A DNA stretch of 32,000 nt, from positions 750,001-782,000 of the forward strand of contig CP064992.1 in assembly GCA_016699935.1 (NCBI GenBank). The letters are read 5' to 3'. The position numbers were made by a program, and so were the translations under genes. The notes beneath the pieces were generated by a model. That model did no database searches. It saw only the letters and a list, made by a program, of their open reading frames with translations, and was not told where the DNA came from. Of this stretch, positions 9,516 to 17,780 are shown one piece after another. The number at the start of each line of letters is the position of its first letter. Within the stretch, counting starts at the first letter, position 1. This stretch comes from Candidatus Saccharimonadota bacterium. GTDB taxonomy: Bacteria > Patescibacteriota > Saccharimonadia > Saccharimonadales > UBA4665.

Positions 9516-9908
9516 ATGGATGACACACTAGCACCAAAACTAAAAAAGATACTTCTTGTCGAAGATGATGATGCTCTGGCGAATACCTATATAACCCGTT
9601 TGCAGGCTGAAGGGTTCGATATACGGCGTGTTGCAAACGGCGAGGAAGCGCTTGCTGCTGCCCGGGAGTACAAACCCAACCTCGTGGTGCTCGATGCCAT
9701 GATGCCCAAAGTGAGTGGGTTTGACGTACTGGACATATTGCGTAATACCCCCGAAACAGCCAATCTCAAGATCGTCATGCTCACCGCGCTTAGCCAGGAA
9801 AGCGACAAACAGCGCGCCCAAGGCCTCGGCGTCGATGACTACATGGTCAAAAGCCAAGTCGTCATGAGCGACGTAGTAGACCGCATCAAATACCACCTCG
9901 GCGTGTAA
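9516..9908 (+). CDS. Single-domain (CheY-like) response regulator receiver
   Basis: MDDTLAPKLKKILLVEDDD...LVVLDAMMP...VMLTAL...DDYMVKS. All canonical receiver residues are present (acidic pocket, phospho-acceptor Asp, Thr, Lys). There is no output domain. The ORF-track start at 9363 reads through non-coding structure. Confidence 0.85.
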   Translation: MDDTLAPKLKKILLVEDDDALANTYITRLQAEGFDIRRVANGEEALAAAREYKPNLVVLDAMMPKVSGFDVLDILRNTPETANLKIVMLTALSQESDKQRAQGLGVDDYMVKSQVVMSDVVDRIKYHLGV

Positions 9909-9916
9909 GCTAGTAT

Positions 9917-10876
9917 ATGGTTGCTCAAGGAGAACAATCTCACACTCCTGAGCGAATTGTTGTTGTGCTTGGGCCAGAGCTACCCTTACTTCATAAGGTT
10001 GAGCTTGGCGAAAACCATCAAGACAGTCCAGTTATGGTTGGCGAAAAAACCAGTATATACTCTGGTCCGGATAAGCAAAAAATTGTTTCGGAAGCAGAAG
10101 TTATTACGGATTACTATGACTTTCTTTCGCGAGTACAGTCTACTGCAGAAAAAGACTCAGGTGCAAAAGCAGAAACGGCGCTTGGAGATGCGAGGCGATT
10201 TGCGTCTGAAACTGTATTTATGACAAAGACTGAACGAGAAGACGCGACAAGAGGTTTGGCGGCGCACTACGTCAAATATCTTGCAGGAGATAGTACGCAC
10301 GAGTTATTGCTTTTTGTGCCGATACGTCGGCATGATCACAGCCAAGGTTTTGTATCAAGGGAAATAGCTGCGCAGATCAAAAATCTTGACCCCACGCTTG
10401 CAGGCCGAGTTCATATAACTTCGCTGGAAGAGGGAGACGATACGACAGAAGACCTCAAGAAAATACCAGAGAAGAACACAAAAATTGGCATTTTTGATGA
10501 CTGGTCTGTCACCGGTAATCACCTTGCAAATGCACTAGCGCATGCTGCCCAGTCATTAGATCGAGAGGGGTTGGCACGATTCAAGTCAGCGCTTGAGGTA
10601 GGCCTTTTGGTGGCCCGCGACGATCAGTTGCAGGGGGGGTTTGATGCTATTATGCAAGATGTTGAAGCATCTCATGGACTATCAGGAGTACCTGTAGTGA
10701 GCTATTTTAAGTCTCCAGCCCGTCAGCAGTATCATGGTCCGATGCCTACCGGTAGCCACGCTTCAGTAGATTATGGTTTTGAAGGTCGCATTCAGGCAAT
10801 GCGCGATTATCTCGCTGAGGTGACGCATGTGGACGAACGTCTACCCTGGATGGCTGCAATAGTTAGACAGTACTAG
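9917..10876 (+). CDS. Hypothetical protein with a phosphoribosyltransferase-like (PRPP-loop-like) motif
   Basis: Intact 319-aa ORF starting 8 nt after the receiver gene. KIGIFDDWSVTGNHLANAL resembles the type I PRTase PRPP-binding motif (a hydrophobic strand, two acidic residues, then x-x-T-G). I recognised nothing else. Confidence 0.6.
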   Translation: MVAQGEQSHTPERIVVVLGPELPLLHKVELGENHQDSPVMVGEKTSIYSGPDKQKIVSEAEVITDYYDFLSRVQSTAEKDSGAKAETALGDARRFASETVFMTKTEREDATRGLAAHYVKYLAGDSTHELLLFVPIRRHDHSQGFVSREIAAQIKNLDPTLAGRVHITSLEEGDDTTEDLKKIPEKNTKIGIFDDWSVTGNHLANALAHAAQSLDREGLARFKSALEVGLLVARDDQLQGGFDAIMQDVEASHGLSGVPVVSYFKSPARQQYHGPMPTGSHASVDYGFEGRIQAMRDYLAEVTHVDERLPWMAAIVRQY

Positions 10877-10965
10877 TACATATATACGTAGAGAACATTT
10901 TATACAACTTATGCTACTATTTATAGTTCTCACAAATTAAAAAATTAAAGGATAAAAAAACAAAA

Positions 10966-11216
10966 ATGACAGAAGTACCACTAGGTATAAAGACGCGCTT
11001 GATGCTCAACGCGCTGAAGATGTACCGATACGGCTGAAGCCGAGAAACTTGCGTCCATCAGAGTTGCTCGCATCACGCGAGATCGGATTGCGGACGAGCA
11101 TGGTAAGTGCTGGGATCGCGGAAGAGGTTATCCGCGATCAACCATCATTGGACCCATCTGCGGGATCTCAGATGGTGGATGCTCTCGGTCCTAATGTCAT
11201 CAACAGAATTTGCTAG
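10966..11216 (+). pseudogene. Possible small ORF (~83 codons) with a broken start frame
   Basis: ATG 10966 with AAGGA upstream opens a frame that stops after 23 codons. A different frame stays open to TAG 11214-11216. It reads ..YKDALDAQRAEDVPIRLKPRNLRPSELLASREIGLRTSMVSAGIAEEVIRDQPSLDPSAGSQMVDALGPNVINRIC and has no start codon of its own. Confidence 0.25.
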
Positions 11217-11410
11217 CAAGATATAATACTTCAAGTTGTTGTCGTCATACCCCAGTTATTGGCTAAGCTGGCATCCATGATTTGTTATTAATCAGGATAC
11301 TAGTTTCGTAGCATAGAACAAGTGTCGGTATCTTTGGCTGCTATTGAGATAACTTCACAGCAGAACAGAGTATTAATAACTTGGCCTTTATGTTTGCGTG
11401 GTAGAAGCGC

Positions 11411-11500
11411 TTATTCGACGGTGACTTCGGTGCGGCGGACGGATTTGTCGCTGAAGGTGCGGATTTTGCGGATCTGTATTCTCTGCCTTCTAGCCGACAT
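11411..11500 (-). other. Duplicate of the rpmA 3' end, readable as a 29-codon mini-ORF
   Basis: The reverse strand reads MSARRQRIQIRKIRTFSDKSVRRTEVTVE*. Positions 11412-11471 match 12290-12349 (the rpmA C-terminus SRKIRTFSGRSVRRTEVTVE*) at 53 of 60 positions, including identical blocks of 29 and 14 nt. Confidence 0.8.
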
Positions 11501-11536
11501 TTTTCCCCGAGCCAAGATCCCCATATATGAAGAAAA

Positions 11537-11563
11537 CTGTCCCAGCTGGGACAGAAATGTAGA
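11537..11563. repeat. Left copy of the palindromic repeat (partial palindrome)
   Basis: ctgtcccagctgggacagaaatgtaga is identical to 12169-12195. The core tctgtcccagctgggacaga is self-complementary. The outer left arm diverges from the perfect right copy. Confidence 0.85.
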
Positions 11564-11650
11564 TTATGGTGACATTACGCAAGCGAATCGGTGGCTATCG
11601 AGGCAAGTAAAGAACAAATGAGGAGATGTCAGGTTTTTAGGCGGACACTT

Positions 11651-12146
11651 TCAAAAGAACTGCACACAGCCCTCTATGTCCAGCTCTTTAATCGCAAGTC
11701 GAATAGTCTCGCGGTGGTCAAGGTTGGTCGCCCAGACGCTTTGTTGGACAAGTTCGAATTCAAGATTGTGCAAAAGTCGCTTCAGGGCTCTCCGTTCGGA
11801 TTCCATGTGTTCGGAGGTATGTCGTATATCAGTAAAACTAATCGGGCGTTGTTGCCGAGTTTTTGCGCAATGTAAGGCTTTATTTTTGCCGACCATGGCT
11901 GGTGAGCCGGGGAATTGTGTCTTCAGTAATGAGTCCGCTTTTGCGCGCCCGGTAGAATGACTGCTGCAGAGTTTGTTGCTTGTAGCCGGAGACTTTGGAG
12001 AGCTCTGCAAAAAACAGACTGGGTTTGAATGAAAGCAGCACGTTTTCTCGCGTGGGAGGGAAAAGACCACGTAGCACGTATATGAGGGCAGGGTGCTTCA
12101 TGTTCTTGTACTTTTCCAAATGACTCCAATCGTACTGCTGTCTCAT
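11651..12146 (-). CDS. PaaX-like small regulator (N-terminal winged-helix region + C-terminal Cas2-fold domain); one frameshift in the run 11883-11887
   Basis: ORF 11880-12149 (MRQQYDWSHLEKYKNMKHPALIYVLRG...FYRARKSGLITEDTIPRLTSHGRQ) joins ORF 11651-12070 (..KALHCAKTRQQRPISFTDIRHTSEHMESERRALKRLLHNLEFELVQQSVWATNLDHRETIRLAIKELDIEGCVQFF) if the A5/T5 run is shortened by one base. The C-terminal pattern matches the beta-alpha-beta Cas2-like/PaaX C-terminal domain as I remember it. Confidence 0.6.
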
Positions 12147-12160
12147 CAACTGACACTATA

Positions 12161-12194
12161 CTACATTTCTGTCCCAGCTGGGACAGAAATGTAG
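12161..12194. promoter_or_regulatory. Perfect 34-nt palindrome over the promoter of the PaaX-like gene (candidate operator or element end)
   Basis: ctacatttctgtcccag/ctgggacagaaatgtag is fully self-complementary. On the minus strand it abuts TATAGT (12160-12155). ATG 12146 follows 8 nt later, which is a leaderless geometry. Confidence 0.6.
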
Positions 12195-12222
12195 AATTTA
12201 TGGGGGAGTGTCCTGTTACACT

Positions 12223-12250
12223 AAAAAAGGCCAATGTCTTGGCCTTTTTT
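12223..12250 (-). terminator. Bidirectional intrinsic terminator downstream of rpmA
   Basis: aaaaaa-ggcca-atgtct-tggcc-tttttt. It is enclosed by an 8-bp inverted repeat, gttacact (12215-12222) / agtgtaac (12275-12282). A tandem 12-mer tagatatgagag x2 lies at 12250-12273. Confidence 0.75.
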
Positions 12251-12288
12251 AGATATGAGAGTAGATATGAGAGAAGTGTAACTAGCTA

Positions 12289-12561
12289 CTATTCGACGGT
12301 GACTTCGGTGCGGCGGACAGAGCGGCCGGAGAAGGTGCGGATTTTGCGGCTGGCCATTTTGACGGTGCCGTCTTTGGCAGCGTGGATAGTGAAGTTGCGG
12401 CTAAGGGTGGTGCCTTTGCCAGCCCGCTTGCTTGCGCCAACTTGGCGGACGATAACTTGACCAGTTTTTACGGCTTGGCCGCCAAAAAGCTTGACGCCTA
12501 GGCGTTGGCCTTGGCTATCGCGTGTATTTTTACTTGTTCCACCGGCTTTGACATGTGACAT
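12289..12561 (-). CDS. rpmA: 50S ribosomal protein L27
   Basis: MSHVKAGGTSKNTRDSQGQRLGVKLFGGQAVKTGQVIVRQVG... is the canonical L27 N-terminus. AGGAG lies 6 nt upstream of ATG 12561. The 13 extra codons in the ORF track (start at 12600) are leader sequence. Confidence 0.92.
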   Translation of the reverse strand: MSHVKAGGTSKNTRDSQGQRLGVKLFGGQAVKTGQVIVRQVGASKRAGKGTTLSRNFTIHAAKDGTVKMASRKIRTFSGRSVRRTEVTVE

Positions 12562-12782
12562 AGTTGCTCCTGGATATGCGGCCCCTCGGAGGCGGCGCAT
12601 TGCTGCGTTATCCGCTCCTGCATTCTCGCTCTCCGTACCGAGGTACGGTTCGCTGTGGGTGCCGAGCGGCTGCCTTGCACTGCATCCACCCTCGAGGGGC
12701 CTTGACAGTGGTCGGTTGACGCTTAGGTTTTTAAATAAAGAGGAAGAAAGGTGGTGACCGTCCTTGCCTCAATCTCCTGAGG
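12562..12782 (-). promoter_or_regulatory. ~220-nt GC-rich structured 5' leader of rpmA (possible r-protein autoregulatory leader or separate ncRNA)
   Basis: It lies between a strong promoter and the rpmA SD. It contains the hairpin ccgtac-CUCG-gtacgg. It also has 9-nt long-range complementarity between ggcccctcg and cgaggggcc, the latter just upstream of the SD. There is no L21-like reading frame and no rplU gene here. Confidence 0.4.
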
Positions 12783-12812
12783 ATTATACTAGAAACCACC
12801 CCTGAAAGTCAA
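12783..12812 (-). promoter_or_regulatory. Near-consensus sigma70-type promoter for rpmA
   Basis: The minus strand reads TTGACT (12812-12807), an 18-nt spacer and TATAAT (12788-12783). Confidence 0.6.
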
Positions 12813-12817
12813 TGGTA

Positions 12818-13477
12818 CTAACGTGATTTATCGGTGCGGAGGAAGCGGACGCCAGCGTAAACAATAGGAGTAGTCAGTAGTGATAAACCACAGCGAAGGA
12901 GCCAATAAGGAATGAGTAAGCCGACGATGAACGAAATATTCTCGCCAAAACCCACGTTTAGGGCAAAAAATGCAGCCGTTAGAAATACGGCAGAATCGAC
13001 GAATTGTGAAACGAAGTTTGAGGCGTTATTGCGGAACCACAGGGCGCGTTTGTGCATGCGAGCGCGGAGTTTTGCAAAGATGGCTATGTCAAGGAAGGCC
13101 GAAGAGGCAAAGGCAATTAGGCTGGCGACAGACATACGGATGGAGTTATGAAACACGCTGTCGTAGGCTGCCTCGTTACCCTACCGCCGTGCGCTGGGCG
13201 GGAGGGCAGTTGCGAGCGTGGTGTAGAAAATGAGCAGGACTATGACGGCTAGACCAGAAAAGACCATGCTGCGTGCTCGTTCACGGCCGCGTACCTCGGT
13301 CACAACATCGGTCAGGGTAAACAGGAGAGGCATGAGAAAAATCGCCACGCTCGCACGAAGGGTATAGTCGCCAAGGTGGCCGATAACGAACGTCTTCGCG
13401 CCCATCAGCTCAGCGGCCATAATGCCAAATATATACAGTGCAACGACGAGGTCGGCCGGACGAATTAGTTTATTCAC
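12818..13477 (-). CDS. Queuosine-precursor transporter family (YhhQ/DUF165) membrane protein; one frameshift near 13157-13185
   Basis: ORFs 13181-13477 and 12818-13156 together read like a YhhQ-type protein: ...FLMPLLFTLTDVVTEVRGRERARSMV... then ...FLDIAIFAKLR...WFRNNASNFVSQFVDSAVF... Confidence 0.6.
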
Positions 13478-13545
13478 CCTGTTAATTTATCCATAATGTC
13501 ATAGTGTACCTCATGTGCGTACCAAAGTCACGAGCTCGCGCCCGA

Positions 13546-14754
13546 CTATCTGCCCCTCGCGGTGATAAATGAGGTCTTCGTTTGCTGCGTGTTGGAACCG
13601 GGTGCGCTCAAACCCATATCTGACAGATGTGCGAGTAGTGGCAGGTGCTTTTGCTCTCGCCCATCGAACCAACAAGGCAAAGCGAGGCACAGACGAGTGC
13701 CAGGCAGCAGCTGCGGCTTGATGTTTTGCAAAAATCGCTTCAGTATAAGGTTGACTTCAGTAATTGTCTGAGACAGTATGGCCGAAGTGGGTCGTTCAGT
13801 GAAAGGGCGGCCGAGGTAGGTTTCACAGGCAATAACAACATTGGTTGTTGATGATTGGTTGTTGAGCGATTTCCATTGGTAGGTGGTCGCATCGGCGGTC
13901 TCTAGGGTATAGGGCATAGGGCTAAGGGCATAGGTTTGTTGGAGCCAAGTCAGGTTAGCTTTTGTGTAGTCAATCATGCGAGGTTCAAGGTCGGTGCCGT
14001 AGGCTTCGTAACCCATAAGCAGTGCTTCCTGTAGCACAACACCTGTGCCGCAGAATGGATCCAATATGGTAGGTGGGGTTTTGAGGATCTCGTCTCCGAT
14101 TTGTCGGCTGCTATCTAATCCAATCTGGCTATTCGCCAGATTGATAATGACTTGCGCGAGCTTTGGGTGGCAGCATGCCAACGCGGGCATCGCGCTTTTG
14201 ACGTCCGCGGTCACGCAGTGTATAGCTCTCAATATCTTGAATCGCAATCGTTCTGGCGATAATGGTTTTGTTCTGGGAGGCAATGATCAGGAATTCTGTA
14301 CCGTTTTGTTCGGTGAGATGACCGTGAATGACCTGAGCGGCGCCAAGCTCTACGTCATTGTTTGGCACCAGCCGGACGGAACCCTCATGGCGCGAGCGCA
14401 AAACTTTTTGAGCGTTAAGCCCAGCGCGTTGAGCTTGGCGGGCGATATGTCGAATCCGTAGGCGGATAATCCCAGGTGAAACTTACCAGAGGCGGGAAGG
14501 GTAAATGCGGTTGAATCAGTAAGCCCTATGAGGGCTTTTTCAACCTGTTTGAAATTGACACTTGGCACCTCACCTATGACACTGGCGAGCCGTGTACTCC
14601 CGCCCAGACGACTAAAATCAATGGCGGTATGATCTAGGGTAAGTCCTGCAACGCTAGGAGCTACCACCGAAACTGCCTCCGCAGCATACAAACTCTCTAA
14701 TTCAGCCAGTCCCAGTGCTGGCTGTCGCCCCAAAATGCAAACAGATTGAACCAT
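13546..14754 (-). CDS. Putative SAM-dependent RNA (UPF0020/Trm11-like) methyltransferase; two frameshifts (~14400 and ~14200)
   Basis: Three minus-strand ORFs chain together (14350-14754, 14129-14401, 13546-14283). The SAM motif I is ILDPFCGTGVVLQEALLMGYEAYGTDLEP. The N-terminal domain resembles the substrate-binding module of these methylases. Confidence 0.5.
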
Positions 14755-14777
14755 AGCTGTATAATAGCATGTAGATT

Positions 14778-15836
14778 ATGACAGAGCCTTCGTTTTTTCG
14801 GCGGAACTGGAAACTGTTACTCAATGTCGTAACAGTCTGTGCTCTGATTGTTCTGGTTGTGGCCATCCGCGATCAGTTTACGGCTACATTCGAGAACTTA
14901 TTCAAGGTACATGTATGGGCGCTCTTGTTGATTCCGTTCATACAAGCGTTGAATTACGATGCACAGACGCGTCTGTACCGCGACCTCTTTGCAATAGTCG
15001 GGAATAAGCTCTCTTACAAAGAGCTGTACAAGAGTGCTCTGGCGCTCAACTATGTGAACACCGTGTTTCCGAGTGCTGGGGTAAGTGGCATATCGTACTT
15101 TGGGGCGCGCATGAAGGGCGATAATATCACTGGGCCAAAAGCGTCTGCCGTGCAACTTTTTAAGCTTGTGATGTATTTTCTCAGTTTTGAAGGCCTGATT
15201 GTCATCGGTGTGTTTGCGCTGGCGGTGCAGGGGCATATAAACAGCATTGTGTTGCTGCTGGCTGGCTCTATTGCAACGGTGGTTATCATCGCCACGCTAG
15301 GAATGGGCTTTATCATAAGCAGCAAAGAGCGTATATCGGGCTTTTTTGCCTACATGACAGGGCTTCTGAACCGTATGATTAAAGTGGTACGCCCCAAACA
15401 CCCAGAAACTATACGGACAGAGAAAGTCAGGCATGTGTTTGATGACCTGCATGAAAACTACATGCTCATGACACGCGATTGGCGAAAGCTCAAGCGGCCA
15501 TTTATGTGGGCGATGCTCGCAAGTTTATGGGAGGTTTTGACGATATACGTGGTGTATGTGGCGTTTGGAGAGTGGGTGAATATAGGTTCGGTTATCCTCG
15601 CCTACGCTATTGCGAATTTTGCGGGGCTTATTAGCGTTCTACCGGGCGGGATAGGGGTGTACGAAGGTCTTATGACATTGACATTGTCAGCCACAGGCAT
15701 TCCATCGCGGCTCAGTCTGCCGGTAACGGTCATGTACCGCATGCTTGCCATTAGCGTACAGCTTATCCCGGGAGCATACTTCTACCACGAGCATTTAGGG
15801 CAAAAAGAACCGCCTTCGGTGGAGGTAAAAACTTGA
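14778..15836 (+). CDS. Polytopic membrane protein, UPF0104 / LPG-synthase-TM (flippase-like) family
   Basis: Intact 352-aa ORF with about 8 predicted TM helices and a basic N-terminus. The family assignment is from overall pattern only. Confidence 0.45.
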   Translation: MTEPSFFRRNWKLLLNVVTVCALIVLVVAIRDQFTATFENLFKVHVWALLLIPFIQALNYDAQTRLYRDLFAIVGNKLSYKELYKSALALNYVNTVFPSAGVSGISYFGARMKGDNITGPKASAVQLFKLVMYFLSFEGLIVIGVFALAVQGHINSIVLLLAGSIATVVIIATLGMGFIISSKERISGFFAYMTGLLNRMIKVVRPKHPETIRTEKVRHVFDDLHENYMLMTRDWRKLKRPFMWAMLASLWEVLTIYVVYVAFGEWVNIGSVILAYAIANFAGLISVLPGGIGVYEGLMTLTLSATGIPSRLSLPVTVMYRMLAISVQLIPGAYFYHEHLGQKEPPSVEVKT

Positions 15837-15949
15837 TCAGCATGTCACCATGTACCTGTCGCCTGGCTCTAGCCTGCAAGGTGTCGCCATTGATGCGAGA
15901 TCCACAACTAACGGATAAAGGATAATGTATTGTGACAGGTGACAGGCAA

Positions 15950-17080
15950 ATGACTAATCCCATCTTTTCCGTCAGTGATTTCGTGGCAGTGCTCAATCAG
16001 ACGCTGGAGTTTGCGTATCCCTTCGTAGAAGTCGAGGGTGAGCTCAGCAACTTTCGTGTCAGTAAAAACAAATGGGTGTATTTTGACCTCAAGGACGAAA
16101 CGGCGAGCCTGAAGTGTTTTGCAACTGTCTATGCGCTGCCTGGTCCGCTCGAGGACGGCATGGTGGTGCGAGTGGTGGGGTCACCGCGGTTGCACCCGCT
16201 ATACAACTTTAGTTTTCAGGTGCAATCTGTTGTACCAGTTGGCGAAGGGGCGCTTAGGCGGGCGGCAGATATGCTGGCAGCTAAGCTTGAAAAGGAAGGA
16301 TTGTTTGATTCGAGTCGGAAGCGTCCACTGCCGTACCCACCACGACGAGTGGCGCTCATTACTGCCGGAGATTCGGCAGCCTACGCAGATTTTGTGAAGA
16401 TTTCGAATGCACGGTGGGGTGGGCTGCATATAGTCCACTACAATGTGCTGGTACAGGGCGAACAAGCGCCGGGAGATCATCGCCGCCCTCAAAAGGGTGA
16501 ATGAATCAGATGTAGCGCCCGATGTGATTGTTATGGTTCGCGGCGGGGAGTACTGAGGATTTAGCGGCGTGGAGTGATGAGCGAGTGGTGCGGGCGGTGG
16601 CAGGGAGTCGCGTGCCAACATTGGTCGCTATAGGCCACGAGGTAGATGTGAGCCTTGCCGAGCTCGCGGCCGATTGCCGTGCCAGTACGCCGAGTAATGC
16701 CGCGGAGCTTCTTGTTCCCGATAGAAACAGAAGAGCGACGCCATCTGCGAGCCTACCGCCGCCGGCTTGATGAACAGCTCGCAGTACGTATTGTGCACCG
16801 CCGCACTGGCTTGGTGATGCTCACCGAACGCATGGATGAAGAACTGCGGAGGGTTGCCCGGCTTGCACGCCAACGGTTTTCAGTCGCGACGGCATTGCTC
16901 GCAGCTTTCGACCCGGTTCGTCCGTTGAACCAGGGCTATGCTTTTGTGCAGACCCCCGCAGGCAAAACGCTAACTCGCGCCGCTCAGTTACATGTAGGTG
17001 ATGACATCCAGGTTAAATTTATAGATGGTACAGCGGAATCCCGGGTGAAATCAGTACTGGCAAATAAGGAGGTTATATGA
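15950..17080 (+). CDS. xseA: Exodeoxyribonuclease VII large subunit; at least 3 frameshifts (~16468, ~16548, ~16725)
   Basis: The N-terminal OB fold reads MTNPIFSVSDFVAVLNQTLEFAYPFVEVEGELSNFRVSKNKWVYFDLKD. Later segments read ..IIAALKRVNESDVAPDVIVMVRGGGSTEDLAAWSDERVVRAVAGSRVPTLVAIGHEVDVSLAELAAD.. in shifted frames. The gene overlaps xseB at ATGA 17077. Confidence 0.85.
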
Positions 17081-17277
17081 ATAAAAAAAGTACTCAGTTT
17101 GACTATGCGGCAAAAACCGAAGAGCTTGAAGGCATACTCGCGCATTTGCAGGCAGAAGACATCCAGCTCGATGAAGCTCTCCGACTTCACGAGGCTGGTA
17201 AGCAGCTCATAACAGACATTGAAGACTACCTGCAGCATGCTGAAAATGAGGTGAAAAAGCACCTCGCCAAGGACTAG
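17077..17277 (+). CDS. xseB: Exodeoxyribonuclease VII small subunit
   Basis: 66-aa helical ORF (..LEGILAHLQAEDIQLDEALRLHEAGKQLI..) that is translationally coupled to xseA. Confidence 0.85.
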   Translation: MNKKSTQFDYAAKTEELEGILAHLQAEDIQLDEALRLHEAGKQLITDIEDYLQHAENEVKKHLAKD

Positions 17278-17280
17278 TTG

Positions 17281-17760
17281 ATGGAGTGGCTGATTGGACT
17301 ACTGCTGGCGTGTTTTGGTGCCTTTGCGGCGGTTATTTTCTTTGGTGCGCCGTACTTACCGACGCTACTACCGCAAATAAAGGCAGCGTTTGATTTACTT
17401 GAGCTCAAGCCGGGGCAGACCATTTTGGAATTGGGGTGTGGGGACGGAAAGGTGTTGATCGCAGCGGCGCAAGCTGGGTACCAAGCAGTTGGCATAGAAC
17501 TCAACCCCTTGCTGGTAGTTGCTGCATGGTTCCGGACACGTCAGTATAAAGGAGCCATCCGCGTCCACTGGGGTAACTACTGGCGTATGTCATGGCCGGA
17601 AGCCGACGGCGTCTTTGTATTCTTACTTGACTCGTACATGGCGAAACTCGATGCGCGTATGCAAGGGTATAAAAAACCTCTTGCCAGCGTGACATTTCGT
17701 ATTCCGAACCGCAACGTCGATGCCGAGAAAAACGGTGTATTTCTATATATATACCGCTGA
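17281..17760 (+). CDS. Class I SAM-dependent methyltransferase with an N-terminal membrane helix
   Basis: Motif I is ILELGCGDGKVLIAAAQAGYQAVGIELNP. The ORF is intact. Confidence 0.7.
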   Translation: MEWLIGLLLACFGAFAAVIFFGAPYLPTLLPQIKAAFDLLELKPGQTILELGCGDGKVLIAAAQAGYQAVGIELNPLLVVAAWFRTRQYKGAIRVHWGNYWRMSWPEADGVFVFLLDSYMAKLDARMQGYKKPLASVTFRIPNRNVDAEKNGVFLYIYR

Positions 17761-17780
17761 CGCCTTGCATATGGGGTGGC

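Noticed and set aside
12250-12273. Tandem 12-mer tagatatgagag x2, considered as a possible CRISPR or minisatellite.
   Set aside because: There are only two units, with no spacers and no cas genes. It is just a short tandem duplication next to the rpmA terminator. I saw no CRISPR array anywhere in the window.
11322-12460. ORFs 11322-11621 (+) and 12200-12460 (+), which share the peptide ..YSTVTSVRRT...KVRILR..
   Set aside because: Both are antisense read-throughs of the two L27 C-terminal copies. Their similarity only mirrors the nucleotide duplication.
12562-12782. rplU (L21) pseudogene or SRP RNA upstream of rpmA.
   Set aside because: No frame gives an L21-like sequence and the gap is too short. 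The SRP domain IV motifs (GGAA/GNRA tetraloop with flanking AGCA/GGA symmetric loop) are not present.
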